Below are positions 24,141 through 30,766 of a stretch of DNA of 32,000 bases, one piece after another. The notes below the pieces were generated by a model. The model had not been told where the DNA came from. It saw nothing but the letters and a program-made list of their open reading frames with translations, and ran no database searches. Positions within the stretch are counted from its first letter, which is position 1. The number at the start of each line of letters is the position of its first letter. The position numbers and the translations under genes were made by a program. The stretch is from Thermoproteus tenax Kra 1 (GTDB taxonomy: Archaea; Thermoproteota; Thermoprotei; Thermoproteales; Thermoproteaceae): the NCBI RefSeq assembly GCF_000253055.1, contig NC_016070.1, forward strand, positions 30,001-62,000, in the 5' to 3' direction.

Positions 24141-25621
24141 GAAACTTTCATTATATTTAGCCAAGTATTGTATATATTGAGTTGCGTTGTCTCGGCATCT
24201 TGTTGGCCCCTTAGGTAGTTGGCCACCTGGTTTATGAAATATGGCCTAAGATCAGTAAAGAAGTTGGTAACTCTGTTGACTAAGGTCAAACGTTGGATAT
24301 CAGTAACATTTGCCCCGGCCTTAAGGAGAGGTACGAAGGGCCTCAGCCAGCTCATCGAGGGTACTTGTGAGGCTGCCTCTATGCCGCTGATTGTGGCTGG
24401 AACGAAGCCCACTTTCTCGGCGCCTAACTTGTACATCTCAGGCGATATCAAGAAGGCAATAAATTGGGCCGCAAGATCGGGGTTTTTGGCATACGGGTTA
24501 ATCCCTATAAAGGTAGGCGCCAAGCCGGTGCCGTAGGGGTTTCTGCCCCCAGGGAGGGGGGCTATCGCTATATCGCCTGCTACCTTAGATATTGAGGCGT
24601 TGTTATATATAGGTATAAAGCTGGTCCACGCGGCCACCATGGCGTAATCACCGGTGAGAAAGAGGTCCCTTAGCTGGTCGTACTCCATGGCTTGGACAGT
24701 TATAGGCGGCTGGAACTGTACCAATTTCTTGTACGTCCTTAGGGCTTGGAGAAACGATGGACACCCCACAGTTATGTTGATGGCGCCATTGGCGGTATAT
24801 CTAAAGTAGGCCCAGTAACCCTGTGTCGGAACGGCGCCTTTGGCGACATCGGCAGGTATACCTACGCATGAGTCGTTTAATGCATAAGTATAGAATACCG
24901 TGATAAAGCCGTTGAATATAGCTTGTTGTAGCCCATCTGGGAACAATAATGCGTATTTGGCAACGTGTTTAGACTGGAGAAACTCTGCCGCGTCTATGAG
25001 CTGGTTCCATGAGGACCACGTAAGTGGGTTTAGATCAAACCCATACTCTTGTTTGAACTCAGCCTGTAGAGTTGCGTTGTCAAAGATAGACTTTCTGTAA
25101 ACTAAGACGTAGCCGAAAACCATTTGGAACGGGACTCCGAAGATCTTCGTAATAGTGCCGTTCCTAGATACCATAACAACCGATACTAGAGCGCTCATCG
25201 GTATGTCGGACTTATTGAAGAGGCCGCTGTTGAAGTAGGGTCTCAGATCGGCGAGGTAGGGGCCCAGAGTTGAGGCTTGTGAGGGGTAGAATATTATTAG
25301 AGATGGATCAGGGTTTTTGTTCTGGAGCGCGGTTAAGGCCGTCTGCACCATCTGGCCAAACGGCACAGGCTCTATTATTACCTTGACGTTTGGGTACTTC
25401 TTCATAAACTCGTTGGCGGCTAGCTGTATGTAGGGCATCAACGTTGGGTCGCCTGTAGGGACAAGCACGGTAAGCGTGCCAGAGACTTGAGCTGTCGTGG
25501 ACTGAGTCTGGGGCGCAGGCGCCGAGGGGGCGCTTTGAGCTTGGTAAAACCATAGCACTGTTGCTGCTACGGCTACTACGACTATGGCAACTACAATATA
25601 GATCGCTAAGCTCCGACGCAT
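24137..25621 (-). CDS. extracellular solute-binding protein of the ABC system, membrane-anchored
   Basis: An N-terminal TM anchor (MRRSLAIYIVVAIVVVAVAATVLWF) is followed by a Ser/Thr/Pro/Gln linker, as is typical of crenarchaeal binding proteins, and then an SBP-family-1-like body. The TATA box TTATAAATA is about 22 nt upstream of ATG 25621, so the track's extension to 25669 is rejected. Confidence 0.8.
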   Translation of the reverse strand: MRRSLAIYIVVAIVVVAVAATVLWFYQAQSAPSAPAPQTQSTTAQVSGTLTVLVPTGDPTLMPYIQLAANEFMKKYPNVKVIIEPVPFGQMVQTALTALQNKNPDPSLIIFYPSQASTLGPYLADLRPYFNSGLFNKSDIPMSALVSVVMVSRNGTITKIFGVPFQMVFGYVLVYRKSIFDNATLQAEFKQEYGFDLNPLTWSSWNQLIDAAEFLQSKHVAKYALLFPDGLQQAIFNGFITVFYTYALNDSCVGIPADVAKGAVPTQGYWAYFRYTANGAINITVGCPSFLQALRTYKKLVQFQPPITVQAMEYDQLRDLFLTGDYAMVAAWTSFIPIYNNASISKVAGDIAIAPLPGGRNPYGTGLAPTFIGINPYAKNPDLAAQFIAFLISPEMYKLGAEKVGFVPATISGIEAASQVPSMSWLRPFVPLLKAGANVTDIQRLTLVNRVTNFFTDLRPYFINQVANYLRGQQDAETTQLNIYNTWLNIMKVS

Positions 25622-25680
25622 ATGATAAACCATAATGTTATTTATAACAATTGAACTTAAGCAGAACAAGTAGTAATTAC

Positions 25681-25776
25681 GCCGGCCTGATTATGGGGCA
25701 GCTCGGGATCTGCTATAGGCCAACCGGGCCTTGGAGGCCCGGCTGGTCGTTGCGCCAGTCAAGCCCGTCCGCCGGC
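25681..25776 (+). repeat. G+C-rich palindrome-closed element in a divergent promoter region
   Basis: GCCGGC (25681-25686) pairs with GCCGGC (25771-25776). The central 13-position hairpin 25718-25730/25736-25748 has 11 Watson-Crick pairs, 1 G.U pair and 1 mismatch, with loop TTGGA. Confidence 0.35.
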
Positions 25777-25842
25777 CATATTAGTTCTAACTTTTTAAAT
25801 AGGAGGCTTAATGAGGCAGAGTGTCGTCTCACTGCGGCAGAC

Positions 25843-26601
25843 ATGAGGGCGGGCGTAATAGATGCAGTCCGTAAGGCTGTAGGAGAGATCATCGGCGTAT
25901 ACGATGCGCCCGACTGGCTGATTGGAGACCTAATAGGCGATCTGGGATCTTGGGACTATGTCGACGAGGTTCTCGCGCGCCGCCTAGTCGAGCTGAACTC
26001 GCCCAAGCTCTTCGAGGCGTTCAAACGCAACCTTCAGCAGTTCAGGCCGGGCCGCTCTAGCATAAGAAAGGCAGCGCCCTATCTTGTCGCAGAGTTGGCA
26101 GAGAACGCCGGCTTCAAGCCCTCCTTCATTAGACTGTTCGGCGTCGTTCTCCCGGCCGTTTATAGGGGCGGCGGCCTCTACACGCCGCTGGTCCCCGTGG
26201 TCGAAGCAAGAAAGCCTGTGCTAAACTTGCTCACGACGATCTCTAAGTATCCAGGCGCAAGCGTCGTCCTATCCTCTGTGGACAAAGTGCCGGGGCTCAG
26301 ATTAGAGATAAGGAGATTGCACAAGGCGCCGTTCTACTACGCCATCGCCGACGGTCTCGCAGACGCAGTGGAGAGGGCAGGCGCGCTGAGGGCTCCGAGG
26401 GACGGAGCCGGCGAGAGGCTGTACTCCTTCTGGAGCGAGCACAGAAGGAGGGGCTTCCTCGTCGTGCCGGGGAGGGAGGTGGCCGGCTACGTGGTGGACA
26501 TGCTGGCCGTGGGCTTGGGGAGATACGGCGCCGTGGTCAAGGCCAGTAGAAGGAAGATAAACAGACTCTCCAAATATCTAGACGCCGTCTACGAGCTCTG
26601 A
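25843..26601 (+). CDS. hypothetical protein (252 aa)
   Basis: ATG 25843 lies downstream of TATA CTTTTTAAATAGG (25789-25801). The region upstream of it in the track ORF (25651-25842) translates as low-complexity sequence and contains the palindromic element. I recognise no motif. Confidence 0.5.
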   Translation: MRAGVIDAVRKAVGEIIGVYDAPDWLIGDLIGDLGSWDYVDEVLARRLVELNSPKLFEAFKRNLQQFRPGRSSIRKAAPYLVAELAENAGFKPSFIRLFGVVLPAVYRGGGLYTPLVPVVEARKPVLNLLTTISKYPGASVVLSSVDKVPGLRLEIRRLHKAPFYYAIADGLADAVERAGALRAPRDGAGERLYSFWSEHRRRGFLVVPGREVAGYVVDMLAVGLGRYGAVVKASRRKINRLSKYLDAVYEL

Positions 26602-26876
26602 GCTTTCGCGGCGGCCGCCCTCCGCTCCCTAATGGACTTGATCCTCCTCTCGTTGAGATCTAAGTGGAAGGAGAGCTCCTCTATTGCGTATTTATTCGCC
26701 ACCTCCCTTCCCTGTTTGATCAACGTCTCGGCGTCGTCCAACCTGCGCTCTGCGATCAGCGACTGCACTTGGTATACGATACACTCGACGAGCTTCTCCT
26801 TGAACTCAAGCGCCTTGGCCTTGTTCCCCTCCCTCTCGGCCCACGCCATCAGCCTCTCCCATCTCTCACATGCCAT
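26589..26876 (-). CDS. small helical hypothetical protein (95 aa)
   Basis: The TATA box AAATTTATAAAC is about 27 nt upstream of ATG 26876. The sequence is charged and helical. It converges on the previous gene and overlaps it by 13 nt. Confidence 0.45.
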   Translation of the reverse strand: MACERWERLMAWAEREGNKAKALEFKEKLVECIVYQVQSLIAERRLDDAETLIKQGREVANKYAIEELSFHLDLNERRIKSIRERRAAAAKAQSS

Positions 26877-26930
26877 AGCCCCCCAGAAGGCCCAGTTTAT
26901 AAATTTAGAGCGTTGAAGTCCTCCTACCGG

Positions 26931-27434
26931 TCAGAGGACCATCAGTTGCGACTTGATCTTCAGGATCTTTGTATAGACGTCCTCCAGGCCTAGCCTCTTG
27001 GCCGTCTTGGCGGCCTTGACCAGCTGTCTGTTCAATTTGTTGATATATTCAGGGTTTTTTATGACCATGCCAGCCATAAGTTTCCTGATGTAGTCTTCGG
27101 CGTCTTGCACGACCCTGTGCACCTCTTGTATCGCGAGCTCCATATCTAGCTCATCGACGACCGCCTTGCCCCCCTTTGCCACATTGATGTTGAGTATTAT
27201 GGGCTCCACGAGGACGCGCCTTTCCGGCCTCACTATATTATATTTCCCCATTAAGTAGCCTGCTATTAAATATCTGACGAGCTCCGAGACTCCCTCCAAG
27301 CCCTCCCTCTTCGCCAACTCCTCCAGGACGGACTTCACCTTTTTGTGGACGCGGACAGACACTATGGACCCCTCCTTGTCGGGAGCGCTGAAAAGCTCGT
27401 CGTACGTGAGATCGAACTGTTTGATCTCGTTCAT
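26931..27434 (-). CDS. hypothetical protein with probable ribbon-helix-helix (CopG/Arc-like) N-domain
   Basis: SIVSVRVHKKVKSVLEELAKREGLEGVSELVRYLIAGYL fits a beta-strand/helix/helix RHH pattern. The TATA box GGTTTATAACTGG is about 23 nt upstream of ATG 27434. Confidence 0.5.
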   Translation of the reverse strand: MNEIKQFDLTYDELFSAPDKEGSIVSVRVHKKVKSVLEELAKREGLEGVSELVRYLIAGYLMGKYNIVRPERRVLVEPIILNINVAKGGKAVVDELDMELAIQEVHRVVQDAEDYIRKLMAGMVIKNPEYINKLNRQLVKAAKTAKRLGLEDVYTKILKIKSQLMVL

Positions 27435-27557
27435 GATTTAGGGGCCAGCCAGTTATAAACCTACATCCCTTAAGATGAATCAAACTCCTGATTTTACGGG
27501 CGCTAAACGCTGTCTTTATAAATCGGCGGAGAGGACAAAGATAAATAGGCGCTGGGA

Positions 27558-28682
27558 TTGGGGCTCGTGGCCGTCGCAGTGTTGTTGGCCATCATAGCGG
27601 CCTCGATCGCTCTGACGGGGGTCGGCCTCTACCGAGAGTGGAAGTTCTGGTCCTCCGACGAGCGTTTCCCACAGTCGTGTAAAAGCGTGGACGTGATAGT
27701 GCCCCTCAAGGGCGCTCCCCAGGGCTTGGAGGAAAACCTATCGGCGATAGTCGGCCAGAGGACGACGGCGCGCCCCAGATACATCTTCGTGGTAGACGAC
27801 GAGGGAGACCCGGCGTATTCCCTGGCCTCTAAATTCGGCGAAGTGGTTGTGGCGGGCAGAAGGGACGACGTGCCTGGGAAGAGCTGGGCGCTGGCGAGGG
27901 CTCTCGGGAGAGTCTCGGGTGACTGCGTGGTTTTAGCCGACGACGATATAAGGCCCGGCCCACAGTGGCTGGAATCGCTCACAGCCCCGCTCTCGACATA
28001 CGAGGCGTCTACGACCTATAGATGGTATGTGGGCAGAGGCCTGTGCACGCGGGCTAGAGCTGCCGTGAGCAACACGGCGTTTACGGCCATGCAACACCCC
28101 AAGTCTAGGTTCCTCTGGGGCGGCTCCATGGCTTTGAGGAGGGAGGTGGTGCACAAGGGCGGCCTGCCCGAGAGGCTGCCTAGGTATATAAGCGATGACT
28201 ACGCAGTATATGAGACTGTCAGAGAGCTTGGGGGGAGGATCTGGTTCTCCAAGGCGGCAATTGCGCCGACTCCGGACCCCGAGTGTAGATGGAAGGACAT
28301 GTTCAAGTGGGCCGTGAGACAGATACTGATGGTGAAGTGGTACTCCAGAAGGGGGTGGATCGCGGGGCTCGTAATATATACACTGGGCTTTGTTTTCGGC
28401 ATCGTTGTGCCAACAGCTGGGTTGGCCTTAGGTGAGCCCGCGCTCTCCCTAGGCTTCGTCCTCCCTCTATTGAACTTAGCCAAGGACTTCGTTAGAGCCA
28501 GAGGGGTCGAGAGATGGACTGGTGTGAGGACGCGCGCGGGCGAGGTCTTGGCCACTTGGGCTCTGGGCAATCTAGTGATACCAGCGACGATCTGGGCCTC
28601 GGCGTTTGTGAAATGCGTGGTCTGGAGGGGGCGGAGATACTGTGAGGGGGACGCCAAGAGGCTCGTAGTGAACTTTAAGTAG
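27558..28682 (+). CDS. membrane-bound GT-A glycosyltransferase (GT2 / ceramide-glucosyltransferase-like GT21 type)
   Basis: An N-terminal TM helix is followed by VDVIVPLKG, YIFVVDDEGDP and VVLADDDIRP (DxD), with C-terminal TM helices. Two TATA-like boxes (27516-27524 and 27537-27549) leave TTG 27558 or GTG 27567 as the start. Confidence 0.8.
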   Translation: MGLVAVAVLLAIIAASIALTGVGLYREWKFWSSDERFPQSCKSVDVIVPLKGAPQGLEENLSAIVGQRTTARPRYIFVVDDEGDPAYSLASKFGEVVVAGRRDDVPGKSWALARALGRVSGDCVVLADDDIRPGPQWLESLTAPLSTYEASTTYRWYVGRGLCTRARAAVSNTAFTAMQHPKSRFLWGGSMALRREVVHKGGLPERLPRYISDDYAVYETVRELGGRIWFSKAAIAPTPDPECRWKDMFKWAVRQILMVKWYSRRGWIAGLVIYTLGFVFGIVVPTAGLALGEPALSLGFVLPLLNLAKDFVRARGVERWTGVRTRAGEVLATWALGNLVIPATIWASAFVKCVVWRGRRYCEGDAKRLVVNFK

Positions 28683-28701
28683 CTGAGCGGCGGGAGCAAA
28701 T

Positions 28702-29004
28702 ATGCCTTGTGTGAACGAGGAGGAGGCCATAAAGGCGGCCAAAAAGGAGGCCTTCGGAGTCCTCTCGTCGTTGAGGAGGCCGGATACAGTCGCAGTGAGG
28801 ATAGGCGAGGATTGGCTGGTGGGCTTCGTCTCTGCGAAGCACCAAGGCAATGTGACGAAGGCGGAGATAAAGTGGGTCTACGTCGACTGCAAGGGGGTCG
28901 CCCTCAACACCATACCCTCTGACGTCAACGACGTCCTGGGGCAGATCTCGGACTCGCTCCACGAGATAATCAAGAGGGAGCTGGAGTCCAGAGTCAGGAA
29001 ATGA
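28702..29004 (+). CDS. small hypothetical protein (100 aa), possibly PepSY-like
   Basis: It starts 19 nt after the GT stop and has an ATGA overlap with the ROK kinase start. EEEAIKAAKKEAFG...WLVGFV...IKWVYVDCKGVAL loosely fits the PepSY pattern. This is a weak call. Confidence 0.45.
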   Translation: MPCVNEEEAIKAAKKEAFGVLSSLRRPDTVAVRIGEDWLVGFVSAKHQGNVTKAEIKWVYVDCKGVALNTIPSDVNDVLGQISDSLHEIIKRELESRVRK

Positions 29005-29906
29005 TCTTGGCCATCGACGTAGGCGCCACTTGGACTAGAGTCCTTCTGGTGAGCAGAGATGGGCGAGTGGAGAGGAGGGAGAAGTTCCGAACCGACGAGA
29101 GCCCGGTTGAGAAGGCAGCGAGACTGGTCGAGGGCTGGGAGTTCGAGGCCATCGGCGTGGGCTCCATCGGGCCCATGGACCTCAGGAGGGGCTGGGTTAC
29201 TGCGTCTCCCAATTCGCCCTCAAAGAGCTTTCCCCTGGTTGAGCCTTTGCTTAAGTTCAAGAGGCCGGTCTACGTGGCCAACGACTGCGTTGCCGCCGCC
29301 TGGGGCGAGTATGTGCTGGGCGGCTGGGGCGTAGACAACCTGGCGTATCTGACTCTTTCCACAGGCTTGGGCGTAGGAGCAGTGGTGAACGGCCATCTGA
29401 TCTTGGGCAAGGAGGGCAACGCCCACGAGTTGGGCCACGCCGTGTTGGACGTTAGGGGGGACGTAAAATGCGGCTGCGGCGGCTTGGGCCACTGGGAGGC
29501 TATGGCTGGCGGGGCCAATATACCTAGCTATTTCAGAGTGTTCGCCGCTAGGTTGGGCCTCAGGGCGCCCGAGGTTAGAACGGCGGAAGATGTATTCAAG
29601 CTGTACAGAGAGGGGGACCGTGTGGCTCAGATGTTCGTAGACCACTGGGTGGACGTAAACGCCGCCGGCATCGCCACGATAACTGCGGCCTACGACCCCG
29701 AGGTTCTCGTGGTGGGCGGGTCTATAGCTCTAAATCATTGGGATCTGGTGGAGGCCGCGGTCGACCGTCTTAAGAAGTATACTCCTCTGACGCCGCCGGC
29801 GCTGGAGAAGGCAAAGTTCGGCGACGACGAGGTGGCGATGGGCGCAGCCGCCCTCGCCATAAGGCCGCCGGATACTCTGAAGAAGTTCGGGTATCCCAGA
29901 TTCTGA
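29001..29906 (+). CDS. ROK-family sugar kinase (glucokinase/hexokinase)
   Basis: ILAIDVGATWTRV is the phosphate-1 motif. ELGHAVLD...CGCGGLGHWE is the ROK Zn/Cys motif. At 301 aa it is similar in size to the ROK hexokinase described for Thermoproteus tenax. Confidence 0.9.
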   Translation: MILAIDVGATWTRVLLVSRDGRVERREKFRTDESPVEKAARLVEGWEFEAIGVGSIGPMDLRRGWVTASPNSPSKSFPLVEPLLKFKRPVYVANDCVAAAWGEYVLGGWGVDNLAYLTLSTGLGVGAVVNGHLILGKEGNAHELGHAVLDVRGDVKCGCGGLGHWEAMAGGANIPSYFRVFAARLGLRAPEVRTAEDVFKLYREGDRVAQMFVDHWVDVNAAGIATITAAYDPEVLVVGGSIALNHWDLVEAAVDRLKKYTPLTPPALEKAKFGDDEVAMGAAALAIRPPDTLKKFGYPRF

Positions 29907-29972
29907 GCGTTTGTCTCTGCCAACAGACCGCTCCCCCTCCGTCGGCTCGAACGATATAAAACGTTATGAAAG

Positions 29973-30067
29973 TGCGGGGGCCGGGATTTGAACCCGGGTC
30001 CTCCCGGTTATGAGCCATACGCGGGACTTCGTCCCTGGGCGCTCCAACCAGGCTGAGCTACCCCCGC
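29973..30067 (-). tRNA. tRNA with CAU anticodon (elongator Met or Ile2) carrying a 20-nt intron inside the anticodon stem (29/30)
   Basis: The reverse complement folds as GCGGGGG-UA-GCUC-AGCCUGGUUG-GAGC-G-CCC[AGGGACGAAGUCCCGCGUAU]GG-CUCAUAA-CCGGG-AGGAC-CCGGG-UUCAAAU-CCCGG-CCCCCGC-A. G1-C72 and the stem CCCGG/CCGGG argue against an initiator. TATA AAAATTTAAAAAATCG is about 26 nt upstream. Confidence 0.8.
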
Positions 30068-30134
30068 AAGAAGAAATAGCGCGCGATTTTTTAAATTTTG
30101 CCGGCGATCGCGCGAAAGAGATAAAGCGGGCCAG

Positions 30135-30207
30135 TGGGCCCGCCGGGATTCGAACCCGGGATCTCCCGCGCGTGAGGCGGGCATCCTAGCCGCTAGACTA
30201 CGGGCCC
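30135..30207 (-). tRNA. tRNA-Val (anticodon CAC), intron-less
   Basis: The reverse complement folds as GGGCCCG-UA-GUCU-AGCGGCUA-GGAU-G-CCCGC-CUCACGC-GCGGG-AGAUC-CCGGG-UUCGAAU-CCCGG-CGGGCCC-A. TATA ACTTAAAAATAGAG is about 27 nt upstream. Confidence 0.9.
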
Positions 30208-30243
30208 TTGACGCCATCTCCACACTCTATTTTTAAGTATTTT

Positions 30244-30423
30244 TGCCCGTTTATCCCTAGGCGCTCATTATTGACAACCTTTGACTCGCGCCCAGGGACT
30301 TCCTCCTCGTCCGCGCCTTCACGGGCACCCGAGGTGCCTCCGGCGCGGCGCCATCGGGCATGGGGGGCAACGGCACTGCCCCCTCTCCTCCAGTCGGGGC
30401 AGAGCCCCTCATGGAACTGCCCC
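30244..30423. other. G+C-rich non-coding block of four consecutive strong hairpins (candidate ncRNA or decayed gene; strand unresolved)
   Basis: Stems at 30254-30264/30288-30298, 30311-30317/30342-30348 (with inner 30324-30329/30333-30338), 30363-30369/30377-30383 and 30396-30402/30417-30423. A bracket helix lies at 30244-30249/30355-30360. The only ORFs here are low-complexity and overlap the tRNA. Confidence 0.3.
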
Positions 30424-30592
30424 TCACCGCCGTACACGTATTTAAGCCCTCCGCCCGCGCCGAAGACGCAGGGTTTTCCTCAACGATAAGAAGTATGAAA
30501 CAGCCTCAGTGGCGCTCTTTGGCCCAGAGCGACGGCTCTATAGTCGTTTAAGCCGCAAGAGAGGCGGTGCACTCTTCCGTTTCTCAACTCCT

Positions 30593-30619
30593 TAGCGCCG
30601 TATCTCACTAACGGCGCTA
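30593..30619. repeat. perfect 9-bp inverted repeat upstream of the radical SAM gene
   Basis: TAGCGCCGT (30593-30601), a 9-nt spacer, then ACGGCGCTA (30611-30619). Confidence 0.5.
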
Positions 30620-30766
30620 TAGAGCTGTTCCTCCATATACGGCATAGGTCGGGGCGCCTTTTCTAACTCGCTGTCGATAAGGCACTACATCGGAGAAATT
30701 TGCGTGTCCCGGCACGGCGAGCTCGACGAGAGGGATCAGCAGATAAATATAGTAGTCGACAAAGAC

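Noticed and set aside
25651-25842. N-terminal 64 codons of the 316-aa track ORF
   Set aside because: The translation is low complexity and spans the palindromic element and the TATA box at 25789-25801. ATG 25843 lies downstream of that promoter.
29735-30551. ORFs 29735..29923-, 29770..30018-, 30008..30223-, 30198..30437-, 30208..30489+, 30360..30551+
   Set aside because: They overlap tRNA-Met or tRNA-Val, or cross the hairpin block. The translations are Pro/Arg/Gly/Ser-rich. No TATA box lies at leaderless distance from any of their starts.
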